The position numbers and the translations under genes are program-made. This document shows, piece after piece, positions 39,601 to 49,782 of a stretch of DNA of 56,044 nt. The DNA lies in NCBI GenBank assembly GCA_963575745.1, contig CAUYUJ010000116.1, positions 62,001-118,044 of the forward strand, read 5' to 3'. Under the pieces are notes generated by a model. It was given only the letters and a program-made list of their open reading frames with translations, had not been told where the DNA came from and did no database searches. The DNA is from Prorocentrum cordatum (taxonomy: Eukaryota). Each line of letters begins with the position of its first letter. Positions within the stretch are counted from its first letter, which is position 1.

Positions 39601-40356
39601 CTCCACCACCCACGCACGGAAGTCGTGGATAGCCGACAGCACCGCAAGCCGCTGGGCCAGCTGCATGATCTTCCGAGCGTTGTGAACATACGACTCCAAC
39701 ACCGCTGGGTTGATCTGGCACTTCGCCTCGAGAAGCCGTAACCATTCTTCCCATGGAGGGTCACGGCCACCTCGGAGCACGGCATGAGCGCCCTCGGGGC
39801 AATCTCCAGCTGCCTTGAGCGCCGCCTCCTGGTAGCACTGCAACTGATGAGTGCCACTCCCGCGCTGGAGGTGCCGGCTGACTCCTGCGATCAGCGCGTG
39901 GACCTGGGTCCACCACTGGGCTCTCTGGTCACGGAGGTGGATCTTTCGTCGGTGAGCCGCCTGCCTGACTGGGCCCTCGACCCAACGAGCCACGTGCGCA
40001 CGTCTCGAGCGAGGGAGCTCCATGCCATGGTGTCTGGTGATGCTCAGCTCGACTGTGGAGATCCACGCTGCATACATTCCTGAAACAACAGTAGGGTGTG
40101 AGGCCTCTAGCCGAAAAGCTACGGACTTGAGGAGGGACGGAGAAAGGGATTGAATGCAGTCCTGCCCCGAAGCAAAACCCACCTCCCGTCTGCTCTCGAC
40201 CCATACCTCGCTAGGGATCTGGAAAGTGGCCGACGCGGAGGGGGAGCTTTCAGGGGCCTGTAAAGGACTGGTCCCAGGATCACAAAACTGAAAATCATGC
40301 TGGTTTAAATCGGGATTGAAATCTTCCCTCATCTTGGTGGGGGGGGGGGCTGGCAC
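36577..40356 (-). CDS. LINE ORF2: reverse transcriptase + CCHC knuckle + RNase H
   Basis: LDIATFYDSI, VVQG, WVDD, YLG; CDRC-x7-H-x4-C; RNH GDASG..GEL..VTD..HSH..GNAVVDELA. Confidence 0.93.
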   Translation of the reverse strand: MPAPPPTKMREDFNPDLNQHDFQFCDPGTSPLQAPESSPSASATFQIPSEVWVESRREVGFASGQDCIQSLSPSLLKSVAFRLEASHPTVVSGMYAAWISTVELSITRHHGMELPRSRRAHVARWVEGPVRQAAHRRKIHLRDQRAQWWTQVHALIAGVSRHLQRGSGTHQLQCYQEAALKAAGDCPEGAHAVLRGGRDPPWEEWLRLLEAKCQINPAVLESYVHNARKIMQLAQRLAVLSAIHDFRAWVVEPEANGILHKSLKKGPLPPTEIVAGQQLVYHPKDIMDAKAQKYQQLWAPSAPKLQDVRELFRQIRVRAVDEPLPQLEVTDVTRAASRMKAKAGMGIDMVTPTGYQRLPVEGQAELLLILEAVEATLAWPAQTLAVIGKLTPKKTGGDRAIGLVSMLGRLWSLMREPSVQTWSAESARHWDAALPGNSCLQEAFLRALDEELAFTMGMQHGHGMLDIATFYDSIPWDILVSAALRLHFPPVILYLELLQCVAPRCLEQDKTVSTLFDPLLSVVQGLRSGTRFAKMMTHHVMATVTTAHPRMGAMLWVDDVSETFKGSSRAIRSELASGIIMTCRELQQRKLKVADKSVVICSSMHDARAIARQVRRAGFVIKPVTHATYLGIDFGCGRRARATRVLREKKHRLMSVKIRRFTRATKQYGAMTKLQRQGGLPAGLYGHQVHGLFGEQLTRSRRRLAQACASPARGRCLTTVLALRAPGADPGVLCPTQTVDTWLKIWRDCPGIRAGVRRAWPAIVQQMQAVPVPAQVRLIKGPTGAIIHTLLRLGWTPHAPDTWSFQVGPDRSGEWQFPDHIYTGNPHVDRHDHLLDDVRQACQTQLWTQAAKHFCGGGLEQGVDNTSCIQLLRHLSQVPNGKRLCEIMVMVAPGWIWNKQRKKQELKRYQGTDICDRCNEEVETPLHRYWQCRCNTDAKPYTDSEDLCMQAVTQCNTAEAFWLRGLLPAHWTEVSPPPSQDAWQFTGGHTLEAGLFGPGSAERPVMISGDASGGPDSRCPRLRRVGLAITCFECVEPAIVPRGSIFGPLCGRRQVVARGELKCLHLALWATTQFLTFVTDFEDVVTGWYEQRYLQPRGADADLWAAIGQLMTHRPPHHVSVLFTHSHLTASQMAAGQGIRQLIIGNAVVDELAGLAAVQARVLEAERCRLLLHERRARLVRLRLLRAAVDCLAKEKQLERERGGVLRGGPKLPPPPPPPSAPAVAALMSRHQLSDCKKRCLRCRGSASLATMRLSVTVW

Positions 40357-40594
40357 GAATTGGGGAGGGGACTATGCTGTGCCATTGCTGGATCAGTCTT
40401 ACACTGCCTCTCCTGCCGACACGCTCCAACGCTGCCCGCCGAGCCAGGTTCAGGAAGGATGGGGTGAGACGGGGGGGCGAGGGCATTACTCAACTCTCCG
40501 TCTGCGCAAAAGTTCAGCTGGTCAGCCCACGGGTCGCCCTCTTCGCCGGGTCAACAATCGAGAGATTCTTCGACCTCATCGGGAGGGGCCTGAC

Positions 40595-41587
40595 CTACAC
40601 CCTCCACTGACGACGACGGGACCCCAGGGCTACGAAAGCAATCCCCAAACATTCTTGAAAGTGCGACCTACGAGCCTCCAGGGCCTCTTGCTGGGCAATC
40701 GCCTGGCGGGCTCTAGAAACGCTAGATTTAGAACCTGCAGTGGGCTCCCTACGGGGTCTCGGGGCTTGAGGAAGCCTGGGGGAGACCACGAGGGAGCGGG
40801 TGAGAAGCTGAAGGCCAGAGCTACGAAGCTGGAGGGCCAGACCTTGATGAGGCTTCCAAGGAACAGATCGCACGGCACTGATTGTTTTCAGAAACGGCGA
40901 GGCCTCGGGGCTGCACACCACATAGTCTAGCACCTCGCCCCGCCCCTGACTATTGGCACACGCGCCTGCAGGGCCAGCTGTGCGGACGATGGCGTTCAGC
41001 TTGGAAACGAACATGCTGGCTGCGAGGATGTCGGGCTCCATGTTGAAGTCCCCCACGATCATCCATGGGGGCCTGACTGCCCGAAGGAGACCTCCGAGCC
41101 GTTGAAATCTGATCTTGTTGTGACCCGTCATCATGATACTGGGCAGCGCGCATAGTACCACTACTATGATAGAACACCCAGCGAGATGCAAGACCATAGG
41201 AAGAAACCCGTCTAGGCTGGCCTGGCCCGCCTCACGCAAATGCCCTGCAGCGATCTTGGCCTCGGGTAAGACGTGGGCCTGAAGGTGCTGCTGAGCCATG
41301 AAAAATTCGCCGCCCTCATTCGCACGCCCCTCGAACCCTGCTGCCACAGCCTTGTCCGAGGGGCGCGCCGCATTGTAGTGAAGACGAAGATGTGCATATC
41401 GTGCCTTCTTGTCCCAATCCTTGAGCTCCGACTCGTCATGGATGCGAGTCTCTGCCCAGGCCCAGAAGGAGCACGTGCAATAATTTAATAGAAGGTATTG
41501 CCACACTTTGGGAGTGAAGGCCGTGACATTCGCGTAGAACAATGTCGCGGAGCCCTCAGTGTGGTCGTCGTCAGCTGCATCAGATAG
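40595..41587 (-). CDS. LINE ORF2: APE-like endonuclease (no ATG before the domain; in frame with ORF1)
   Basis: FYANVT, AET, VGDFN, LDYVV, KPH motifs. Confidence 0.88.
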   Translation of the reverse strand, partial: LSDAADDDHTEGSATLFYANVTAFTPKVWQYLLLNYCTCSFWAWAETRIHDESELKDWDKKARYAHLRLHYNAARPSDKAVAAGFEGRANEGGEFFMAQQHLQAHVLPEAKIAAGHLREAGQASLDGFLPMVLHLAGCSIIVVVLCALPSIMMTGHNKIRFQRLGGLLRAVRPPWMIVGDFNMEPDILAASMFVSKLNAIVRTAGPAGACANSQGRGEVLDYVVCSPEASPFLKTISAVRSVPWKPHQGLALQLRSSGLQLLTRSLVVSPRLPQAPRPRREPTAGSKSSVSRARQAIAQQEALEARRSHFQECLGIAFVALGSRRRQWRV

Positions 41588-42700
41588 TCAAGAGGTGGCA
41601 CCGTCGCCACCCCCCTTGGCCTGGGCCTCGGCAGCCGCCTTGGCCGCTGCCGCCTCGGCCTTGGCCGTGAACTTGGCCGCCGACAGCTTCTTCGCGTCCT
41701 CCTCGATCTGCTCGGACGCCGCCTTGCTCTCGTCGGTCTGGGCCGTCTCCGTCGCGGGGCTCTGGCTAGCTGCTGCTTCGCCTCCTGCAGCAGGCGGCTT
41801 GGCCTCCTGGCCTGCCGCGGCCTTCGCTCCTCCATCATCGCCCTTCCTCTTCTTCCGCATCCTGTCATGAATGTCGCTCTTCATCTGCTTGGCCCTGTCG
41901 AGCCAGGCCTTGATCTCATTCTCCTTGCCGTTGAGGTCTGACTTGGCCCCCTTGAGCTGGTTGTGAAGCGTCTCCAGGGCCGCCCGCTCCTCCTTGGAGC
42001 AGTCACCCGCCTCGACCATGTCGTCCAGCGAGCTGAACAGCGCCTCATCCCACTCGACCGTGAACATTGCCGACGTGGCGGCGGTCGGCGAAGGGGGCCC
42101 TACGCCCTCGGCCCGAGCGACTGCCTGGGCCGCCGCCTTCTTGGCCGCTGCCGCCTGCGCCAAAGCCACCGCCGCACGAGCCTCCTTGGCCTCGGCAGCC
42201 TCTAGGCTCTGCCTCAGGCGCAGCACGTTGTCGACGCACTGCGAGTGGTGGTGCTCCGCATTCTTCCAGGCACCTTCGGTCTTGCGGAGCACCTCTGCTG
42301 GCGAAACTGCAGCCTCGGTGTCAGCCTTGGCCTGAGTGCTGATCTTCTCAATCTGCTGCTTGAGCGCGGCCTGCAGCGCCTCGTCCTTTGTGGCCTGGGC
42401 AGCCTGCTCCAGCAAGTCGGTGACGGTGGTGCTGGAGCTGCCCTTGGCCCCGTAGCCCTTGCCGCTCCGCCGCCCGCCACGCGGGGAGTGGCTGCGCGTG
42501 CGCCCGCCCTTGGCGTGGTCGGGCGCTGCGGCGGGGGCCGACTCTGCCTGAACTTCGTCCTCCCAGTGCACCTTGCGGCCCGCTGGCTTGAACAAGATAA
42601 TGTGAGTGCCGCAGGCCGAACAACTGCCGCCCTGCTTCATGATGATGGAGTTCCACTCACACCTGCGGCACTGATCACAACGAGACCACAACTGCACCAT
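41588..42700 (-). CDS. LINE ORF1 (370 aa; N-terminal CxxC-x15-CxxC Zn ribbon, coiled coil, basic patches)
   Basis: ATG at 42700 (MVQLWSRCDQC...CSAC), Ala/Glu/Lys-rich helical body, directly upstream of APE. Confidence 0.82.
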   Translation of the reverse strand: MVQLWSRCDQCRRCEWNSIIMKQGGSCSACGTHIILFKPAGRKVHWEDEVQAESAPAAAPDHAKGGRTRSHSPRGGRRSGKGYGAKGSSSTTVTDLLEQAAQATKDEALQAALKQQIEKISTQAKADTEAAVSPAEVLRKTEGAWKNAEHHHSQCVDNVLRLRQSLEAAEAKEARAAVALAQAAAAKKAAAQAVARAEGVGPPSPTAATSAMFTVEWDEALFSSLDDMVEAGDCSKEERAALETLHNQLKGAKSDLNGKENEIKAWLDRAKQMKSDIHDRMRKKRKGDDGGAKAAAGQEAKPPAAGGEAAASQSPATETAQTDESKAASEQIEEDAKKLSAAKFTAKAEAAAAKAAAEAQAKGGGDGATS

Positions 42701-42839
42701 CGCTACAAGAAAAACCTCGGTGTTGGTCACAGACTTCAGGCTGTGGCAAGGCCCGTGATCTGGGTCCCTCAAGCGCTGCGAAGAAGCCCCGAGGATCGAG
42801 CGCGTGAGATGTCGAAGAGCCGCCTGGCCCTCGCACCTG

Positions 42840-42860
42840 CTTGCACCCAAATTGCTTGAG
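42840..42860 (-). other. Dinoflagellate spliced-leader relics at the LINE 5' end
   Basis: CTCAAG (3' end of DinoSL) + CAATTTGGGTGCAAG (11/15 to relic CCATTTTGGCTCAAG). Confidence 0.55.
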
Positions 42861-43037
42861 AGGAGGAGGAGGAGGAGGAGGAGGAGGAGGAGGAGGAGGA
42901 GGAGGAGGAGGAGGAGGAGGAGGAGGAGCAGCAGGCTCCGTCCGCGGCGATTGGCGCCTCCGGTGAGGGTTGGGGCGCGAGGGCGCATGCGGGCGAGGAG
43001 GCGAGGAGAGGGGAGGCCGCGGGCAGGCCGGAGAAGC

Positions 43038-43070
43038 CTCAGATCGTGCAGTCCATCAGGGACGTGCCGC
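43038..43070 (-). CDS. Candidate 33-nt host exon (RHVPDGLHDL)
   Basis: CAG|G acceptor, AG|GC donor; joins 36051 in frame across the LINE-containing intron. Confidence 0.4.
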
Positions 43071-43684
43071 CTGGACGGGAGCAGGCCCACGTTCACGACA
43101 CCGCCAGAGCTGCTCAGTAGATGCATTCGATATCGGGTCTTCGTATGCCTTCATTGTATTTCATGTCTTTGTATATATATATATATAGAGAGAGAGAGAA
43201 TGTTCAAAACCTTACACAAAACAAACCTTGGGGCAAATTCTTCGTCGATCTGCGAAGGGCCTCAAAGCGTCCCCCAGGGCTTCTGTGGGTCCTGGGGGCC
43301 ACCGTGGGATGGGGCAGTTGACAGTTCCGTGGGGCACTTGCTGGCGGGCTGGCTTCTCATTCGGTGCGCGTAGATATCGGGGAGACGTGAGACTCGGGTT
43401 CGGGGGACTCGGTTTGGCCTGACGGGGCCATCACGAAAATGACGAGACCCAATCTGAAATTTGACGCGAGCTCCAGCTGCAAGCATCCCACGAGAACTGA
43501 ACCGTCAAAATCCAGGATGCACTCATCAACAAAAGCGTCGGCAAACCCGAGTCCCGGCGCAATCGAGTCTTACGCTTCCCCTGATAAGCTGTAAGTCACC
43601 ACCACACATGGCCAGGGCCGTCACGGACCCCGGGCTGGTGCATCCAGCCTGCTACTGCTAGCCGCGACGAGAAGGGCTCTCTTT

Positions 43685-43890
43685 GGAGTCCCCAAACAGT
43701 GCGGTGACGGACCGACTGCGGTGACCTCGAAATCCCCCAAAACCTCACCGCACGTCCGTCACCGCTCGCTTTTGGGGACCCTGGAGGCCCCCGTCGCCCG
43801 AGACATCCTCGGAGAAGGACCCGAGTCCCCAAACAGTGCGGTGACCCGGACTCACCGTACGGTGTGGTCACTACACCGTTTGGGGGCCCC
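43685..43890 (+). mobile_element. MITE family F (GGGGCCCCCAAAC-type TIR, Harbinger-like)
   Basis: Imperfect TIRs; second copy 49066-49281 shares CGAGACATCCTCGGA and ACGGTGTGGTCAC.ACACCGTT. Confidence 0.6.
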
Positions 43891-45356
43891 CGACTCTCAC
43901 ACAACATCCGCAGACCCCCGGGGCGTCAAAGCCTGTCCACGGCGTGGGCGCCCAGAGGCCTGGCCCCACGTCCTTCGAGCAGACTCGTCGTCACGAGTCG
44001 TTGTGTGACGGCCCCTGCGACCAGCAACACAGGCAGAAATCTCGCTAACAGCGAACATGTGCGCATCCGCGCCCTCGCGGTCTGGATTCCGGATCGCGAT
44101 CCCGCGCTGGGCATCCGCGAACAAAACATGCCCCGTGTCCGCGGGGTGGCGCCTCAAGGGCCTGACCCGTGAGGCTGCGGATACGGATTCGTCGTGTTAC
44201 GAATCGGCAATTGCACAAAAAAGAAACGGGGAAAAACAATCCGCAAAAATCAACTTACGCAAACCTACTCCGGTGGCAATTCATGGGAGCCCCCATGCCA
44301 ACGTGTTGGCCCTTGCGAATCGACGCTGGGGGCGCTCATCGACGCGAAACCGATGTTGGTCGACGCTGAATCGGAGCTATCTCATCGACTACCAGACGCC
44401 AGTCGACGCTAGAGACGGAATTAAGAGGGCACCTCCGGCTCCCAAAATATGCGACCGAAACCTGACATTGCCACGAAGACCACGACCGTTGAGAGGATAG
44501 GCCGGCATGCCTCGCGAGAGAGCTCACAGGGAAGCGGGAGGCAGCGAGCAGGGAGGGACCGTTTCCCCATGCAGGCGCCTTGTCGGGGCCCTCGGAGGAG
44601 GTAAAAGAACCGAGAGACCCAAAGATCCGAGGCTCCGGCAAAGCTCGGAGCGGCCAGTTTTTGCCAGAGGGGCCCAAGGCGAGGTCAGCAAGAAAGACAA
44701 ATCCCTGGTTGTCCAGTAAGGTTGTGGATTCACTGTGGGCTTCTGAGGGGGGGCGATGCTCATCGAGGCTCCCGCTCCGTTGATCGATCGAACGGCCCGA
44801 AACGCGTCCAAGAGAGCCCCCCGAGAGCCCCAAGAGGCCCTAAGAAGCACAGAAAGGGCTCCAGAGGCACCAAGAGACCCCAAAGAGGCCCTAAGCGGCC
44901 CCAAGAGGCGCCCAAGAGGCATCCGATACGCTCGAAGAGAGTCTGAAGATCACCAAGAGGCCCCCAAGACGTTCCAAGACGAAGCAAGATGCCCCCCAGG
45001 TGGCTCAGGAGGCTCCGAAGAGCCGCCAGGAGGCCCCCAGGAGGCCCTGAAGAGACCCCGAGAAACATCCCAAGAGATTCCGAGGAACATCCAAGCAGCC
45101 TCTGGCCCAAGGAGGATCCCCGCGCTCTCCAAGTGATGCTACTCTCCCCCGATGATGGCAATTCCCCTGGACATCGTTCCTAGATGGGCTGGTGGGGAAA
45201 CGCAAAAGGTTAAGAAGAATGATAGACGCCGGCATCCCGCCAGCTTGCAAACTGCCCAAGTCACTTGCCACCCGCTGAATTCGACAGCGAGCCTATCAGC
45301 CGAGGTGCCAGGCAGCCAACCGACAAGAAAAGGAACCAACCAACTGATCAAGCACA

Positions 45357-45401
<45 letters not shown>

Positions 45402-46399
45402 GCACACGCGCACACACACACATTCACACACACACGCATACACACACACACACACGCATACACATGCATGTTTGAATGTTTCCCCCAACCTAGGGGCTCT
45501 TGCTTCTGACTGTGGAAGTGGTCCTGTCTGCAGGTTTGGCGGCCATGTGGTGGCCGTCGCCGCCCCGTCACCCCCTCGTCGCCGCCCGACGTTCCTCGTG
45601 GTCCTGGGGATGGCCGTTCTCTACACGTCCCTGGCCCTGGCCATCCTCCGATTGGCACGCCAGCACGCTGTCTCCGCCGGCACCCTCCCGTCGGGGTCTG
45701 CACGATCTCTGAGCGGCTCGGTCTGCTCCTCCCTCTTGTCGAGCTGTGCCCTCAGTGTCCTGGGAACCAGGCCCACGGCCTTCGAGGTGGGCGATGCATC
45801 GCCGGCGACGTCGGCGATACATCGGCGATGCGTCGGCAACGTCGGCGCTGAGAAAATCGGGCACCACCTCAAGCAGCATCGCTGATGCGCGATCTCACAA
45901 CGCTACCTGCTCGGACCCCATCTGGGAGGCCTAGTAGAAGACACTTGCACCATCGCGAGAAATCACGACCAGAGCCCCGGGGCCCCACCTGCGTCATTGC
46001 TCGAGTCTGATCTATCTGTGAGGGCCCCAGGACACGAAACCAGGAGAGAAAACGCCCGCTGTGAAAACAATACAACGCCAAGATCGCAGGGTTTCATACT
46101 TGAGCAGGGGCCGACCGTCCCGGCATTCCTATAGGCCTACCACGACATGCTCTTAGACCCAAACAATAGCTAAACAAAAAACAATGTTCTTATAACAGGA
46201 AAGCCGATGTGTCAACACAAGGCAGTCTCGGCAAGAAAGGCTATAAGAACACTTAGCGCAGACCACAGAAAAGGTCCTCCTCATAACATTCCTTGGTGGG
46301 CCTCTAGGCGAGCCAGGACGCTTCGAAATTGCTTGACATACCTCTCTAGGGCTCCGGGGTCGAGCTGGGCCCCAGAGCGTCCTGGGGCTCCGGGGTCGG

Positions 46400-47370
46400 A
46401 GGAGGAGGAGAAGGAGGTGGAGGGGGAGGAGAGGGAGGAGGAGGAGGAGGAGGAGGAGGAGGAGGAGGAGGAGGAGGAGGAGGAGGAGGTGAGTGAGGAG
46501 GGAGGAGGAGGAGGAGGAGGAGGAGGAGGAGGAGGAGGTAGGAGAGAGGAGGAGGGAGGAGGAGGAGGGGAAGGGGGGGGGAGGGAGGAGGAGGGAGGAG
46601 GTATGGGACTGAGCGGCCTAGAGCGTCCTGGGCAACAGGGGCCCAGGCCCGCGGCGTCGAGGCGGGCGACCTGCCCCGCCGCGAAGGCCGCCGCGACGCC
46701 CCCGGCGCCCACCGTGGGCTCCGGCAGGGGGGCGGAGCCCCGGCCTCGAAAAAAAAAAAAAAAAAATCGAAAAAAAGGTACGCGAGCCGGGGGCGCGGTC
46801 GGCCCCGAGCCTTCCGGGGGACTGGGGAGCAGAAACGCGTTCTGGGGGTCGTGGCCAGCCTGGGGGACAGGATGGGGAGGAGGGGGAGGAGGAAAAAGAC
46901 GGAGGATTAGTAGGAAGGAGGAGGAGGAGAGGAGGGGAGGGAGAGGAGGAGGACAGAGAGGAGTAGAGGGAGGTGAGGAGAGAGGAGAAAAGGAGGAGGA
47001 GGAGGAGGGAGGAGGGAGGAGAAGGAAGGAGGAGGAGGAAGAGAAAAGAGGAGGAGGAGGAGGGAGAAGAGGAGGAGGAGGGGGGACCCCAAAAAGGATG
47101 GGGGAGGTAGGGGGAAGAGGAGGAGGAGGAGAGGGAGGAGGAGGGAGGAGGAGGAGAAGGATGAGGAGGAGGGAGGAGGATGAGGGAGGGAGACAAAGGA
47201 GGAGGAGGAAGAGTGGGGAGGAGGCTGAAGGAGGAGGAGGAAGGAGGAGGAGGAAGGAGGAGGAGGTGGAGGAAGGGGAGGAGAGAGAAGGAGGAGTGAT
47301 GAGGAACGAGGAGGGAAGAGGGAGAGAATGGGGGGAGGAGGAGGCTGAGTAAGGGAGGAGGAGGAGGAGC
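46400..47370 (+). repeat. (GAG)n purine-rich tracts
   Basis: Direct. Confidence 0.9.
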
Positions 47371-47523
47371 GGACGGCGTAGCGGAGGAGGGCGGCGGGGC
47401 CTGAGGCGGTGGGGAAGTCGGAGAGAGCCTGCTCCGGGCCCCTGTGGGCGTTGTAGCGCAGTTTTCGGAAGAGGGGACGGCCAGCTTCCACCCAGGCCCA
47501 AGGACCGCCAACAAAATCGAGTA

Positions 47524-47697
47524 CAGCAGGTGCCCGACCACAAGAAACGTTCCACAAGAAGCCCAACCCTGAGACCCCAGCACGTCCATTGATTGTGGTG
47601 TGGGAACGTCACGGTTCCCATAGCAAAACAATCGAAACCCAAGAAACCAGGGCACCCTGGAAGCAAGCAGGGTGTTTCTTGGCATGGGTCTCCACTG
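47524..47697 (+). mobile_element. Tc1/mariner-type MITE family B, copy 2
   Basis: TA|CAG...CACTG|TA; closely similar to 54603-54775. Confidence 0.75.
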
Positions 47698-48379
47698 TAC
47701 AGCCAGCGTGCTGGCGCCACGCGAGGCTGCACGCGCGTCGCTGAGAGCAGAAGCCAACAGGCGCACACCACGGCAGGCCCCTCCCTGCACGCGACTTCGG
47801 AGGGGGTAGAGGGAAGAATAGCGGGGTAGGGGAGAAGGGACGCTAGGCTCCACTCGCCGCCGCAGCGCCAGCGTCACGAGGCGCAAGATGAGTCAGCATC
47901 GGATCGGCAAATCGGATCGAATCGACATGTGCGCATCGGATGGGACTGCATCGGCACGGACCGACATCGAACCGGATCGGCGGGGCCAGGGTGCACAACA
48001 GCGCCGTACCGAAATCGAAATGGCCGAGATTGATTTCGCCCGGATCGATCGGATCGAGGTGAGCCTCACGCGGCACCGTCCGCCGCCACCTCGGCACCGC
48101 CCGATCCGGCGGCGCCCCCCCAGGAGACCCAGGTCGCATTTGGAGGGGGGGTCCGGTCTTTTAGGGGGGGGGGGGGCGATAAACAAGGGACTTGGAGTAC
48201 CATGTTTGGACACCCTCCAGGACCCTCCCCCTCGCGGGCCTCCTGGGAGCCTCTTGGGGCCTCCTGGGGGCCTCTTGGGGCCAAGGCTCGATCTCTGGTT
48301 TTGCTCCCTGTGGGGCCCCTCTTGGGCATGTCCTGGAGCACTCTTGGGCCCTTTTGGGGGCCTCCTGGGCCGTCTTGGG

Positions 48380-48538
48380 TTAGGTCGGGCATGTCCCCAT
48401 ACTGGCGGCTCTTGAACCACAAATAACACATAGTCGAAAAATAACCAAAAATATTCAAAAATGATAGAGCAATCGTCCCCAGATTATTTTCAAATTATTC
48501 CTGCATATTCCTCTTGTGGAGGGACACGCCCGACTGAA
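48380..48538 (+). mobile_element. hAT-type MITE family A, copy 9
   Basis: TIRs; TSD GTCTTGGG/GACTTGGG (7/8). Confidence 0.8.
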
Positions 48539-49065
48539 GACTTGGGCCCTCCTGTGGGCCTCCTGGGCCGCCTTGGGTCCTTCTTGAGTTGTTCGGCTCC
48601 GAGGGCCGAAAAACTATGCACCGTAGCATTTCCGATCGGGCGTTGGCAGAACTGGGTTTAAAAGGACCTGGTTTAGTGATGTGTACTGGGGGGCGCCCCC
48701 CCGCCCCGTTCCACTAACCGGAACTGCCGTGACCCGAAAAAGACAGGCCACGGCTGGCCTGGTTGAGTGACCCTGGCCAATTTAGGAGCTCCAGGGCCCT
48801 ACTACTAACCTGGTCCCCTATACCTGGGGTCCTGGCCTTAGTGGGCCCTGGAAACGACAGGGCCGTGTTTTTTACCGGTTCCGTTTCGCCGTTTCTTTGC
48901 CGGTACCGACGACGTTTTTGTTTACCTGTTCCGTCGCCGTTTTTGGACCGGTTCCGGCTCCGGTTCCAATCCTGGAGCCGTTATTTTGCCGTTTCCGGTC
49001 GCCGTCTGGCCACGGCGAGCCTCGGCCTCGAGCAGGCTCGCCAGGAGGAGGAGGAGAAGGAGGAG

Positions 49066-49281
49066 GCGGTCCCAAAACCGGGCGGTGGCAGACCGTGCGG
49101 TGACCCCTCAGAATCTCGAAGGACCTCACCGCACGGTCCGTCACCATACGGCTTTGGGCCCTCGGATGCCCCAGCTGTCCGAGACATCCTCGGAAAACGA
49201 CCCAAGTCCCAGAGCCGTGCGGTGGCCCAAACCCCTACCGACTCACAACACGGTGTGGTCACGACACCGTTGAAGGGCCCC
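49066..49281 (+). mobile_element. MITE family F, copy 2
   Basis: Similarity to 43685-43890. Confidence 0.55.
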
Positions 49282-49782
49282 GAGCCCCCTCGAGCCCGAA
49301 GTGTTCCTTGGGTCAGCGCCTTGCCTGATTCCCGAGCGTGCTGTGGCCAAGCACTGCCACCAGAAGAATAACATAACGATTCCCAATCCTCGATCCTCAC
49401 TCGAGATTGCATTTTTTGTTGTTTCTGATAGGGGTCGTTACCAGGGGGTGGCCAGGTAATGGAAGCGGTTGAGAGGGGCGGGGCACTTCGGGGCGGGAGC
49501 GCGATACGATCGCCATGATACGCGTGCGGACACCAATATGTGTGGGGGTGTCCAGGCCACCGCCCCTATGCACGATCGTTACCGCTTCCTGGGGAAGGCT
49601 GGGTAACGACGGTTACGCATCATAGGTCTTAAACAAATCTCCTTCCCAGACGTATCACGCCCTGGCGAACAAGCAAAGCCGAACTTATGAACGCTGCTAT
49701 CGGCCTCGAGGGTCCATCGCAAGGTTCCGGGACCGTCAGAAAACGCCTCAGGGGGGGAAACAACAACAACAACAACAACAAC

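Larger units (their letters stand above)
36251..42860 (-). mobile_element. Near full-length non-LTR retrotransposon (APE-RT-RNase H LINE), ~6.6 kb
   Basis: ORF1 plus APE/RT/CCHC/RNH ORF2; 3' tail (TTCCTA)3; (CCT)n on both sides. Confidence 0.93.

Noticed and set aside
42701..43126. N-terminal extension of the 512-aa ORF
   Set aside because: Runs through the 5' UTR, the (CCT)n flank and host DNA; the likely start is the ATG at 42700.
43600..45760. Additional exon-like segments (43603-43647, 44579-44704, 45685-45758)
   Set aside because: Several frames and both strands are open; phase could not be fixed by eye.
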